DNA of 64,000 nucleotides from Octopus vulgaris. Lineage: Eukaryota. The number at the start of each line of letters is the position of its first letter. Position 1 is the stretch's first letter. Under the pieces are notes generated by a model, which was not told where the DNA came from, ran no database searches, and saw only the letters and a program-made list of their open reading frames with translations. Location: NCBI GenBank assembly GCA_951406725.2, contig OX597824.1, forward strand, positions 37,944,001-38,008,000, in the 5' to 3' direction. Position numbers and translations under genes: made by a program. Below, in pieces: positions 25,216 through 38,389 of this stretch.

Positions 25216-26376
25216 TCTGTGACAGCTTTCTATTGTATTTTTCAATCTCTACAAGTCTATTTTGAGCTATATATAACTACTTGTGGTATCTATTTACGTC
25301 TTGGTAAACTGAGTTGTGGTCCAATGCTCTATTGACACAGGTAACTCTGCTTCAGATTCTTATGTACATTTTCGTTGACATACATATGCTATTTTAGTGA
25401 GTAATTGAATAGTCTATTTGTCTTTTCTTTTTTGTGGAAAAATATTTTACATTTAATTTCATTCATTCAGTTTCAGATTCTCTTACATAGCTATTGTTAA
25501 AAATTACCATAATTTTCTCTTTGGGCTACACACTGTTGATTATGCCATCTAATTGATAATGCTAATTGATGTCTAAATTGTCAAGCAACTGTTGAGTTTG
25601 CAAATTAACTTTTGTTTAGTAGTTCATTATTTCCATTACAATTACTTCTGCTTTGTTATTTTAATTAATTTTTATTGCGAATTGAACAGCTGGAATACAG
25701 AGGATATTGTTTCTAGGCGTTTTCTAATTCTAGTTGAATTATTTTGCAAAACACGAGGTTATTATTTGTCTGAGATTTTTTCAAGTAACAAGAAAAGCAG
25801 ATGCTTAGAAAATAGAAATAAAACCCCTTAAATTATCTTGAAAATCGCTTATTCACATTTAAAAGGACGGGCTTCTTTGCTCCTTTATATAGTTTTTCAT
25901 CCACTCATTTTGAACTATGAGGCCTTTACTGCTCAAATTTTTTTTTTACTCGTTAATATTAGATGAAACAATCATAAATAATGCTGCTTACAAAATTAAC
26001 ACCAGCCATGCATAGCACCAAACAGTTTCAGATTTTTTTCTTGTTTCTGTTAATGATTCAATTGATTTCTGAACAGTTGTACCAGAAACTGTTTCTCTGT
26101 CCACTGTACTTGAATCACACTTAAGATACAGCTAATTATTCAGTTATTTTTGTTTAAATATTTTCTTGGTGTAATAGTTTTGTAAAAGCTGGTAAAAACA
26201 ACAAGTTGTCATGTATATTGGGTGCATGTGTGCGTTTGCATTCTTAATTTACAAAATTCATTTCTCATTCTGTATTACTTCGCAAAACACCTCAGAATGT
26301 CCTATTTTCTAGGTAGAAAGAATCTGTCTTATATTCAGGGAAATACATGTATACATTAACAGAATTTTTTGCTCAA

Positions 26377-26601
26377 AAAAAGGCATTGAGCTGGCAGAAA
26401 CATTAGCACACCAGGCGAAGTGCTTAGTGGTATTTTGTCTGCCATTACGTTCTGAGTTCAAATTCCGCCGAGGTCGACTTTGCCTTTCATTCTTTTGGGG
26501 TCAATAAATTAAGTACTGGGGTCGATGTAATTGACTTAATCTCTTTGTCTGTCCTTGTTTGTTCCCTCTGTGTTTAGCCCCTTGTGGGCAATAAAGAAAT
26601 A
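26377..26601 (+). mobile_element. SINE family A with ~16-bp TSD
   Basis: agaatttttt(t)gctcaa at 26361-26376 and 26602-26618. Confidence 0.9.
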
Positions 26602-26740
26602 AGAATTTTTTTGCTCAAGTTGCTTCATCTTGGAACTGAACAACTATTAATATAATGTGCCTCAGAAATTATTCTGATACAATTATATTTGATTCAAAAG
26701 CTTATTTTTTTTTTTGTTTTTTTAAATTACATCTGTCTAG

Positions 26741-27062
26741 TGAAGGTATGTGGGTTAATGGTTAGAATATTTGGATCATGATTATAAGGTTGTGAGTTTG
26801 ATTACCAGTGGTATGTTTTGTCCTTGAGCAAGACACTATTTCATGTTGCTTCAGTCTACTCTGTTGGCAAAAATGATTAGTACCTGTATTTCAAAAGGCC
26901 AGCCTTGTCACATTCCGCATTACGTTGAATCTCCCTGAGAACTACGTTAAGAGTACGCATGTCTGTGGAGTGCTCAGCCACTTGCATGATAATTTCATGA
27001 GCAGGCTGCTTTGTTGATCAGATCAGCTGGAACTTCCGTCATTATAACTGACAAAGTGCCAT
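26741..27062 (+). mobile_element. SINE family E (tail Z) with TSD
   Basis: TSD atctgtc(t/c)ag at 26731-26740 and 27063-27072; CORE-like gtccttgagcaagacac. The same tail occurs at 312-420. Confidence 0.8.
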
Positions 27063-27085
27063 ATCTGTCCAGAAAATTATCTTAA

Positions 27086-27679
27086 CTCTTCCATTACCAA
27101 CCCGGCTGAAACTGGCTCTGTAGTACAAATGTCTTGTTTGCATAAGTTTTGAAATAAATCTTCCACCAAGCCTTAGTCACAATTAATGTTCCTAACACCA
27201 GCTTAATGTTAACTAAGTTTTTTTACTAAATTCTTATACTCTTACTCTCTTTTACCCGTTTCAGTCATATGACTGTGACCATGCTGGAGCACTGCCTTTA
27301 GTTGAGAAAATTGACCCCGGACTTATTCTTTGTAAGCCTAGTACTTATTCTATCGGTCTCTTTTGCTGAACTGCTAAGTTACAGGGATGTAAACACACCA
27401 CCATCGGTTGTCAAGTGATGTTGTGGGGACAAACACACAGACACATACATATATACATATATACAACAGGCTTTTACAGTTTCTGTCTACAACTGACAAG
27501 GCTTTGGTTGGCCCGAGGTTATAGTAGAAGACACTTGCCCAAGGTGCTACGCAGTGGGAATGAACCCTGAACTATGCGGTTGGTAAGCAAGTTATTTACC
27601 ACACAGCCACTCCTGCGCCTAGTATCTAAAATAATTGAGAGAAACACAGCCTCTCAAAATAAATACAGTAATGAAAAGG
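27086..27679. mobile_element. piggyBac-like miniature element with a nested SINE
   Basis: TTAA at 27082-27085 and 27680-27683; imperfect TIRs ctcttccattac / gtaatgaaaagg. Confidence 0.6.
27241..27621 (-). mobile_element. SINE family B
   Basis: Near full-length reverse copy ending cacagccactcctgcgccta. Confidence 0.9.
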
Positions 27680-27888
27680 TTAAAAAGCAGCTCATCTCTG
27701 GTGTTTTGACACGTCACCATCACACTTTGTATAGCTGGATTCTATTTCTAATGCCTTTCCTGTCAGCATTTTTTTTTTACTAGATATTCAAACTAAATCT
27801 CAATCATATTTTGAAGTGCTTGCTGATCAGGCTACTACTTTTGAATAAATCATGGAAAAATACTTTTCTTTTTAACAAATAATTACAT

Positions 27889-28139
27889 CAGTAATCCTCA
27901 ACTGGAGTTTATTTGGCCCTTGGGAGTCAATATAAGAATTTGTTAATATTTATGTGCAATAAATTGCTTATACTTCAACAACACAAAATATTAAAATTTT
28001 TCAAAAACTAATCCTAATATGTAATTATAAAAAATACAGCAAAATGTTGTTTTTATGCACCTTGAATGACAATGGCAGTCTGGTAGAACAAAATAATAAT
28101 CAAAAGGATCCATGGGCAAAAAATGGTTGAGTACCACTG
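27889..28139. mobile_element. hAT (Charlie-like) non-autonomous element
   Basis: Ends cagtaatcctcaac / gttgagtaccactg (CAGTGGTTCTCAAC-type TIR). 8-bp flanks aattacat (27881-27888) and gattagat (28140-28147) match at 6 of 8. Confidence 0.6.
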
Positions 28140-31100
28140 GATTAGATGGTGTGTAAATATGGATATTTACATGTAAATTATTGGAGTGAAGTTGCATGGC
28201 TTAGTGGTTAGGGCATTCGGCTCACGATTGTAAGGTTGTGAGTTCGATTCCCGGTGATGCGTTGTGTCCTTGAGCAAAACACTTTATTCTGAACAGATGA
28301 ATCCTCTTACTAATAATAGTTACTCTGGACGAACCTTAATTCAATAGACAAATGATCAAAGATATTTGTCTCGTAGTGTGTTCGGAAATAGTTTTCTAAA
28401 TTTGATGGCAGGCCCTGCTGAGATCATCTTATCTTTGCTCTTCCCCACAGCAAAGAAATATCTAAAAAGACTTGTCAGTCTGCATCATGGTCTTCGTGGA
28501 AAAATGGAAAAAGTGTTGTCTTGGAAGATGGTGAGGGAGAAGCTCTGGAACAGTCACCCATGGAGCTTGCACTTGCAGATAGCCATCTCCATCTCAATAG
28601 TAGTGAACAGGGATGTCGTCTGGCAGTGGGGCTCAGGTCCCTGGAGATCCTCACTGTCACAGACTTGATCACAAACCTGTCGGAGAGCAACCAATAAATG
28701 AATACAATACCTAGAAATCAATCTATTCTACTTTTCTTTAAATAAGTTTGTGCTTATTTTAAAATTTTCTGGAACATTCAATAGAAAACCATATAAATGG
28801 ATTGAAGAAATATCTTAACATCTTTGGTTCCAACTGAGAAACAAAGTCAAGCTTATCATAAAAAAAAGCTTACTTTTGTTCTCTGGCACTCCTTTTATTT
28901 TTTTATTTTCCTTTTTCTATAATATATGCAGATATATATTTCATCATCTTTCTCTCATTTTATTTTGCCTAGAATAATTATGGATGATGAAAAATACCAA
29001 AAACATTAATATGGTGACATGTAACAAGTTTGATGTTTGTACTACTTGATGGCTGTAACCTATATTATTATCTTAGTGTCTAGGAAAATGATGGAATAGA
29101 TGTCTATTGGACTTATTTTGATTCCAAGTTTGCTACAAGCATTTGTGTGCTTGGCTAATAGGACAATTTCATTTATTTCACATCACTTACCTGTCAGAAA
29201 TAAAGATGTTTTGGAAATGTTATGTTAAACTGGGTTCTAACCTAAACTACAATGTGTATTGTACACGTGTAGTTTGCTCATAAATTATTTTTTGTCATGC
29301 AGTATACTGTGCTTACTGTAACAGAAAATATTAAATATCTATTATAAATACATTCTCCTTTTTAGTAAGGTGAACATGTGCATAGCAGAAGTGGTGGAGG
29401 GATGGTTTAGTGCAGACTGCAGAAATTAATTAGGGTATACTTAGATAAAATTGTGTTTATTTCCTGTGATTCAGTAATCCCCAAGTTAGATGAGATTTTT
29501 TTAGTGTCAGTAGAATACATGTGGAAGAGTAGAACCTAAGCAAGACAACAGCCAAATGTGAGGAGAGTCAATATACCATAATGAATACTTGTTCAGCTCA
29601 TTCCATCAGATGTCCTGCATAGGCAATAATGATATATCCTGGAGCATAGTTCAGTTTCCTTATTGTTAAGCAGTCAAAGGGCATCTCTTTTGGCTAGCTT
29701 GTCTACTATTGTGCTTGCTTGTCAATTCTGCTACACCACAGCTGACTGTAACTATTCCCAATTTGAAGAACTGGGTCAATGAGAATTGTCTTTGTAAATT
29801 ATACAGTCATTGGAGATGAATATTTGACCTTTTGGCTGATAATCTACTTTTCTGATGAATTGCCAAGGTGGACTTGTAAAACTGATAAAAGAAGATTCTG
29901 TGTCTTTATCCATGTCTGAAGGGTAAAAAGGGTTGTGATGATGATTGTGAGTTTGAAAATGTTCCTCTCACATTAACATTTCACATAAATTTCCATTATA
30001 AAAACTGTCTATTATAATTCCATTCACATTTTGAAAATATTATAGGAATCACCCAATGCCCCAGTACTTGACTGGTACTTTATCAACCTCAGAAAGATGA
30101 AAGGTAAAGATGGTGTCAGGATGATTTGAACTCAGGACATATATGGTTGTGACTAAATATTGTAGGTCTTTTGTCTGCTGTTTGAATGATTTAGCCAATT
30201 TATCAAAATTTTTTTTTGTTCAAGTTTAGGGGTTGATTAGTTATTTTTTAAATATTTGTTTATACTTAATACAAAACTAAACTACTTCAGAAATCTCTTT
30301 TTGCAAATGGTCAAAGGCATGCATCCACAGCAGGAATTTTGTACTTCTGACTGTGAGACACAATTCTACATTGACTTGGTTTATTTTGATATGGAGAAAT
30401 AAATATCTGAATTTTGTTTTATTTCTTTGTGGGCAAATTTACTTGCATCAGACCATTTTTTTTTTTTTTTTTTTTTGCCTAGATTTAGATTTGTTTCTTC
30501 TGTTTAATGCTGGAATTTTACTTTGCTCTTAATGATCCTTTCGGATTAAAAAATAATTTCATAATTCCGCGGAATTCACAGTTGCCACAGTTTTCTTGTC
30601 TTTGCACATATGAGATGCAATTGAAATAATTAGGACATGTCTATAATTCTAGTCCACATCGTTTGACTTATATTCATGTAATCTCGATATCAAATTCCAA
30701 ACTGCTTCCCCTCTGCTTTCTCTGTTTTCAGAAATTATTTTATTTTTAGAAACTAGTCTTAAGTTATTATTTATGTTTTGCATATATATATATACTGCTT
30801 CTGTTTTACTTCTTTCAATTTTGTACACATGTAGTCATACATGCACACATATACATAAACACAGTTTTAGACTTTTCTATTTATTTCTTAACTGCCTTAC
30901 TTTCAAAGCCTGTGTCCTTATTTATGTTGGCACTTTAGCCTTTAAGCATTGTCACCACTGTTCTTATTGTTATATTGCTATTATTGTTACTATAAACTAG
31001 AGGGATGGATTATTAGCAGAACCATGAGAGCATTAGACAAAATGCCTTGCAGTATTTGTTCTAGCTCTTTGTATTCTGAGTTCAAATCCTGCTGAAGTCA

Positions 31101-31526
31101 ACTTTACTGTTCGTCCTTCTGGAATTGATAAAATAAAATACAGGAGTTAATTTAATAGACTAACCTCCATATTTCTAAATTAGTGACCTTAAAACTTATT
31201 GCAACATTCTTTCAATGAGTAGGGATGTGCCCTTCTCCAAATGGAAGCTTCATTAGTGTCTCTCACATACAAAACCAAGATAGTTCATGTCCTGTGTACT
31301 AGCCATAGCTGTTACTTGGGGAAAACTGTTGCCCCAAAATGCTTGCAAATTCGAATCTATGAATTATTACCATAAATGAATGCTAAAAATAATTAAATAA
31401 TTTAAAAAAAATAGATTTATAAGTAAAAATAAATGATATGCATGGATATTCCAAAATATTTGCTGAGAACTTAAAAGAAATTAAGCATTTCTTTTATTGG
31501 GCACAATGTGATTGAATCCTTCCAGT

Positions 31527-31850
31527 ATCATCATTCACCAATTAATGGCTGCTTTCCATGCTGGGCATGGGTTAGATGATTTTACAGGAGCTGGCAAGGC
31601 AGAGGACTACACCAGGCTTCAGTATCTGTTTTGGCATGTTTTTTTCCTAACACTAACCATCCCACAGAGTGAACTGAGTGCTTTTTACATGGCACCAGCA
31701 CTAGCAGGGTCACCAAGTAACATGCAAGACAAAAACCATTTGAGAGGAGAGTGATCTTGTCCCAAATGATGAAAAGTTAGTGTAACAGAGACAGAAACAG
31801 GTATCTTGTTGTAGAGGAGGTACATTGTTATCCGGTGAGAGAGAGAATGA
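31527..31850 (-). mobile_element. Family C-related element, diverged
   Basis: gctttccatgctgggcatgggttagatg...gtgctttttacatggcaccagcact. Confidence 0.65.
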
Positions 31851-32249
31851 CTATTATTTGTTTTATTGATTAAACAAATGAAATGATGGCTATTTGAACT
31901 CACTGGTGTTCTGACTATTGAACATTTCCGTTTCCATCATCTTCATAATTAATTATATTGTACTTAGGCAGAAGATTAAATATTTACAAAGGCAGAGAAT
32001 TGTAATGTTGATTTTTTTTTTTTTTTTTTAATTTTTTTTTTTAATAAATTTTGTTAATAGCAAAGTGTGAATTGAGTAAAGTGGCTTAAAAAAGTGTGTT
32101 ATCTGATATGAAAGTTGTACAGAAGTCTGGAATTTGTTGGGCTGAGAGGTACTATCTAGTGATTAATGATTATTTCTGAGATAAAGGCACAACTGACCTT
32201 AGAAAACATGTTAACAGCCTTTCTTTAAGTTAGTTTCAATTCCAGTGTA

Positions 32250-33520
32250 GAAAAAGATATTTGATTGGTGAAAAAGTATTATTTTTGATATGTGACTGGA
32301 GAAAAACTAAGTTTGAAAGCAATGGAAGCCACTCATATTGAATCATTTTATCAGTGTTTTTGGATGAACATGATTTTCCAAGCATGGTAATGTTGATGTA
32401 GTTATTTAATTTGAACTTTTGTAGACTGTCGGTAGAGAAAATGAAGTTCCAAAAGGCTGTAGTTACTGAAAGAAAGGATTGAGCCAAGATTTAAGTAGAG
32501 TTTGAAGAGGTTGATGGAAAGGCATGAAACTGGGTGCAGTTGGAATTAGATAAGTAATGGGTGTAGTATGTATTTTCAGAAGAACCAAAAGCAAGAGATA
32601 AAATCGTTTGTGTGCTAGTAGTTGTTGGGAGTCAGAGAATCTCTTTGTCATTCAGTTAAATTACCTTCTTTAGATAAGTCTAGGATGTTTGTGGTTTGTG
32701 TAACTGTCCTCCTACACTGTTAAGTATGGTGTGAGTCACACTTATTGAAAGCTAACAACTATTCAGTTAAGTATTATATTGCCATTGTTATATTTGGGGA
32801 TTGTCATGTTTGCCAATTAACCACCAGTTTTGAAAATGTCTTGGTTTCGTAGTCACCATTAGAGATTATCAAATATTGTGAACCTCAGCAGGTGTGATTT
32901 GAGAGGTTTTTTTAGCTGTGTGTATGTTTCTTTATTACCCACAAGGAGCTAAACATAGAGGGGACAAGCAAGAACAGACAAACGAATTAAGTCGATTACA
33001 TCGACCCCAGTGTGTAACTGGTACTTAATTTATCGACCCCGAAAGGATGAAAGGCAAAGTCGACCTCGGCGGAATTTGAACTCAGAACGTAACGGCAGAC
33101 GAAATACGGCTACGCATTTCGCCTGGCGTGCTAATGGTTCTGCCAGCTCGCCGCCTTTTTAGCTGTGTCTAGGAGTGAGTGGTGCATTTCATGTCTGTTT
33201 TCTTTGTATAGCTATTGTCTTCATTGCTGATATTGAGGACTGGGTTGCCATATCCTCATTGGGATTTGTTTATTGGGACCTAGTTGACATATTTAGGTTG
33301 TATGTTGACCTGTGTATGGAAGTTTAAAGGGGAAAGGGTACTATAATCAGTGTGTGTGTGTTTAAAAGTATCAGTGACTAGGTCATTGCTGCAGAGAAGA
33401 CAAAGAACTAGCATATAACTGAACCTTGAGGTACATTAATTAGCTAGAAAGGGTAATTAGAGATAATTTTCATACTGTTGATGATAGTGCTGCTGAGGAG
33501 GACATATAGTAATTGATGAA
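32250..33520 (-). mobile_element. Highly decayed CR1/L2/Jockey-like LINE fragment
   Basis: Minus strand gives NVPQGSVI near 33415-33440 and QSFLSVTTAFWN near 32445-32485. Confidence 0.4.
32922..33155 (-). mobile_element. SINE family A, young copy with 13-bp TSD
   Basis: tttttagctgtgt at 32909-32921 and 33156-33168; CpGs intact. Confidence 0.92.
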
Positions 33521-34228
33521 ATCTCCACAATATAACTAGTATTAATTTATTAACCTCACTTAATTAGTTGTATTTGAACTACTAAACCTTGTGGTACCAA
33601 ACATAACTGGTACCATAACTACAACCTTAATTGTCTATCACTTTCACTAAACAAATAATATTGATATTTGTGAATTTACTTTCTTACAAAGGCAGCAGAA
33701 AAATATTACAATATAGTATTGTTCAACGTTATACTAAGAAAGAAATCTGATGCACATTGCAATACACATTGAAAAACCTGGTAATGTATGGTTTTGCAAT
33801 TAGTAGCACAATGTAGTTGTCCGTTCTTATTCATTTGGTATTTGCTTTTCTGCTTACTATACTTTATATACAAAACGATAATAAGATTTAGAATTAGTAT
33901 TTGATAAGGTTTTTGTACAAGCTATACAAAAACGTCCCCAAACCATGGAACATGTTCTCATGCTAATGTAATCATTATAATAGATATCAATGAAGTATTA
34001 TTTGGTAATGAATGCTGCTGAAAATAGTAAACAAATTAGTAATTCAAATTTTTATTGTATACATAACCGCATGTATACATAAAACAAATATCAGGATGTA
34101 AATGAATAATCATTTTAATGGCCACTTTTCCATGAGTGCAAGGGTCAGATGGAATTTTCGGTAAGGCAGATTTTCCATGGCTCATTTCAGCTTCCTGTCA
34201 TTAACCCGTTACTTGTTATATTTCCCTA

Positions 34229-35893
34229 CTAGCGGAAATACCTGATGTTACTCAGGATTAAAACAGTATAGTTTGTGTGTGTGTGTTTATATGTATATAT
34301 ATATACATATATTACAGTTATGTTGAAACAGGTGATACTGGAAAGTGCAGCAATAATAACAATGTTTGTGGAGTAAATTTTAAGGATTTGCATAAACGAC
34401 AATTTGAGTTTAGCACACCACTTTGGACAGTTATCATTTTTATAAGGATGCTGAAAGCAGCTCCAGGTGTTGTGAAGAATGAATTTGTACATACTCTCAC
34501 ATAGTCACATACATATAGTAAGGGAGACACATACAGACATACATGTCAGCTGTCGTGTGTAGATGTGTTTGCATGTTTAATAACGTACCTAATGCAGAAA
34601 CATGCACACACAGACACATTCATACATGCTCACTTGTACATGCACACATTACACACTTGTACACACACACATTACACACTTGTGCACACGCACATTACAC
34701 ACTTGTGCACGCGCACATTACACACTTGTGCATGCACACATTACACACTTGTGCATGCACACATTACACACTTGTGCACGTGCACACATTACACACTTGT
34801 GCACGCATACATTACACACTTGTGCATGCACACATTACACACTTGTGCACGCGCACATTACACACTTGTGCACGCGCACATTACACACTTGTGCACGCGC
34901 ACATTACACACTTGTGCATGCGCACATTACACACTTGTGCACGTGCACATTACACACTTGTGCACGTGCACATTACACACTTGTGCATGCGCACATTACA
35001 CACTTGTGCATGCGCACATTACACACTTGTGCACGCACACATTACACACGTGCACATGTACACATTACACTCGTGCACTCGCACATGTACACTTAGACTC
35101 ATACATGCACATGCACACACATGAATGCACATGCACACACTCGTACATGCACATGTGGTATAAAATGTTTTTACTATCTCGTACATATCAAAAGCGCAAA
35201 CATACACACAAAAGTGAATGAATAAAAGTGAAACAATATTATATCATACAAAGAAGTCAATTTGTAGATAGAAATTACAAACCCCATTTCAGCATATAAA
35301 GCTCAAGAAGACAATGGCTCAAGTGAAAAAAACTTGAGCCATGCATGAACGCTCAGTGGTATGGTTGAATTCTCATTGGTTCGGCTTATTAGCTGTATCA
35401 CAATAGTTTTCAATAGAGGGAGAAATGCAAAATAGCGTATTTAAATAGATGGAGTGCAAAAAATTTAAAATAAGTGAAATAATGTTGGGAGAATGTACAA
35501 ATAGCATGAAGACAGATATTTATGCATGCCAAAATTGAAATATACTGAAGTCAATTTTCAGAAAGAGAGAGAGAGAAACTTAAAGACAGGAAGTGTTGCA
35601 TTAAGAAAAAGAGATAAAGGAAGGAAAGATGGGAATCGCTTGAAAAATGCAGAAGTCAAAGGAAGAGAATCAGTTGAAAACTGCAGTTTTTAGAGAAAAA
35701 CCTATGTGAAACCTCTTTTTTCCTGGCCGGTTTCTCGCATTATGTGGGAGCTCTGATCAAAATGTTATTGTGCATGACCATTCTTGGTACATAATTAATG
35801 TGTAAAGTTTGGTGAAAATTGGTTGAAAACTGTAGAAATGCATACCTACTACACACACACACATGCAGACATTCTTTGTTTTATACATATAGA
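34229..35893 (-). mobile_element. Non-autonomous Helitron-like element (~1.67 kb)
   Basis: Minus strand: A|TCtatatgtataaaac 5' end at 35893; 3' end cctga-gtaaca-tcagg-tatttccg-CTAG|T at 34229. No TSD. The flanks rejoin into one old SINE. Confidence 0.75.
34630..35075. repeat. 23-bp minisatellite, about 18-19 copies
   Basis: Unit cacattacacacttgtgca(c/t)g(c/t)(g/a); period of 23 read at 34854 and 34877. Confidence 0.95.
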
Positions 35894-37021
35894 TGATCAG
35901 AAAAGCTTTCATGGAAGATTATGGATGAAGGACACGACATGCATAATGGAGGGACTCCTTTACAACTATTACACAATGTCAAGACAAGGAAATAGCAACA
36001 CACATGCACACACTTTCAGTTTCCATCTACTAAATCCTATCAAAAAGGTTTGATTGATTTGGTACTCTAGCCGAAGGCAGTTGCTCAAAATTCTACGCAG
36101 TAGGATCAAACCTAGAGCCATGTGGCTGGGGGGAACAAAGTTCTCACCTCATGACTACAAACATTACAGTTCAAACAACTAATGAGATAAGTTTAGTTTC
36201 CATGGTAAAATTACATCATTTGACATTTACCTGATTTGTTTTGAGTTCAATTCAGAAAAGTAGTATTGTCTGCAACTTCTTTGTGAGTTGCTGAAGCTAT
36301 TAATGGGAATACTTAGTCATCAAGAAAATTTTAATGGAACTTATGTACCAAGTACAGAGGTTTTGTGACAATTCTGTGGAATACTTTCATTCAGTCATTT
36401 ATTTTGGCACCTTTTCAGTAAGAGATACCTGCTTAATTTCTCATCATTTTCCTGAAGAGATTTACAATTCAGTTTCCTACATTTACTTTGCACAACAGAC
36501 TAATTTCTTCTTTCATTGAGTTGGCTTCATGACATGCCTTCAATCTGGATTTTCTACACATCTTTCACTATTTTCTTCTAATCATCATTCAAGAATTGAC
36601 GATTTGTCTGGGAAAGATCCTAATAAGGAGTCCAGTGTTTGTCAGAATTCATTTGTTCAATTCTTTGTTTCTCTGAGATTTTACATTTGTAATTAAATCT
36701 GAATCCTTACCTATTTTCAAACGGGGTAGGTATTCAATTGGCCCAAAACATTTGAATAAATTTCTGAAGAAGGAATTTATTTTTAGCACATGTAAGTCGT
36801 TACTTCCCACAGATGACTGAACATGATACATAAATTGTTTCTCATTCTTTTATCTTCAAAGATGAGATTGGACTCTGTTTTGTGAGTCATTTTTTTATTA
36901 TCCAGCATGTTAGTGATAACTCACTGCCTCAATAAGGTTTATTTGGTTCTTAAAAATGATCTCCTCTTGAACTAACTTGTGTTAGTTTTTTCCTATAAAT
37001 ATGCTGTTATATATATATATA

Positions 37022-37830
37022 AGTTGGACAGTTTGATAAGAACTGAAGAGCTGACCAGGTTCCATGTCTGTTTTGGCATGGTTTCTATGGCTGGAAGGCC
37101 TTCCTAATGCCAACCACTTTACAGAGTGTACAGGGTACTTTTATGTGACAATGACACAGGTGGTTTTTATATGGCACCAGCACCTGTGAGCCTGCAAGAT
37201 TAGGAACACTCAGCTGGAGAAATGCAGGGGACATGGCTGTATGCAAGGACAATTACAATTTTACTTAGATTGATGTGCCTTCTCAAGCACAGCAAATTGT
37301 CAGGTGTAGCAGTCCTCTATCATCCCCACTGTGAGGCTGAATGTCTGAAGATCCTTTCTCACCAATTTGTCCCACATCTTCCTGGGTCCTCCCCTTCCAC
37401 ATATTCCCACCACAACATTCATATGCATTACATGACCATACCAGTGCAGTCTTCTGTCTTGCACACTACATCTGATGCCTTGTATACCTAGTTTTTCTCT
37501 CAAATCACTTACACTCTGTCATATATGCACACTGACATTACCCACCCAGTGGAGCATACTGGTTTTAATTTCTTTCAAGCCTTCACATATCCTCAGTAGT
37601 CACAGCCCATGTCTCACTGCCTTGTAGCATAGCTGTTTGCACACAAGCATCATACAACCTGCCTTTCACTCTGAGGGAGAGGCCCTTTGTAACTAACAGA
37701 GGTAGTAGCTCTCTGAACTTTGCCCAATGTATTCTTATTCTAGCAACAATGCTTTCGGATTCTACACCACTTCTAAGTTGGTCACCTAAGTAACAGAAAC
37801 TGTATACTACTTCTAAGGATTTCCACTGAC
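37022..37830 (-). mobile_element. RTE-type LINE 3' fragment (ORF end plus family C 3' UTR)
   Basis: FCYLGDQL...WAKFRELLPLL...VKGRLYDACVQTAMLQGSETW and RRLHWYGHVM...GRGGPRKMW, contiguous with family C sequence. Confidence 0.9.
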
Positions 37831-37901
37831 GTAACATCCATCCATCAATATTCATATAAATATTTTCAGTTTTTGTTTTCTCTCTATTTACATGTATATA
37901 T

Positions 37902-38215
37902 GTGGAGGCGCAATAGCCTAGTGGTTAGGGCAGCGGACTCGCGGTCGTAGTATCGCGGTTTCGATTCCCAGATCGGGCGTTGTGTGCGTGTTTAGAGAGT
38001 GAAAACACCTAAAAGCTCCACAAGGCTCCGGCAGGGAGTGGTGGCGATCCCTGCTGTACTCTTTCGCCACAACTTTCTCTCACTCTTTCTTCTGTTGGCC
38101 TGCTCATTTAGCCAGTGGGGTGGCGTCATTTGAAGGCTAAAACAATGCAAAGCGCATTGTGACCAGCGATGTGTAGCAACATTTGATAGCCTGGTCGGTC
38201 ATGTGATCACGTGAT
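37902..38215 (+). mobile_element. SINE family D (body D, tail Y) with 10-bp TSD
   Basis: tRNA-like head with tagcctagtggttaggg (A box) and ggtttcgattccc (B box); TSD atgtatatat at 37892-37901 and 38216-38225. Confidence 0.9.
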
Positions 38216-38389
38216 ATGTATATATATTTTGTATATCTAATCTAAGCAGTTTTATTTGTTTATTTACATCTTTATTTCTATATCTACTCACCTGGATTCC
38301 TCTTGTAGCCACTCTTAGTCCTCCCACTGACTTAGTCCTCGGTAAAGATTTTGGAGTGCAAGCTCGAATCATTGGATTGTTTTCTATAT

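Noticed and set aside
29800-29900. FSDE motif suggesting a Tc1/mariner transposase
   Set aside because: Only four residues match, with no TIRs or further motifs seen.
34630-35075. CRISPR-like array
   Set aside because: Units are contiguous with no unique spacers, the context is eukaryotic and no cas genes are present.
34543-35221. Three overlapping His/Cys/Thr-rich ORFs (164-218 aa), superficially like metal-binding proteins
   Set aside because: Produced by the stop-free 23-bp minisatellite being open in all three frames.
37902-37975. tRNA gene
   Set aside because: A and B boxes are present, but the sequence continues into a SINE body with a TSD, so it is a tRNA-derived head.
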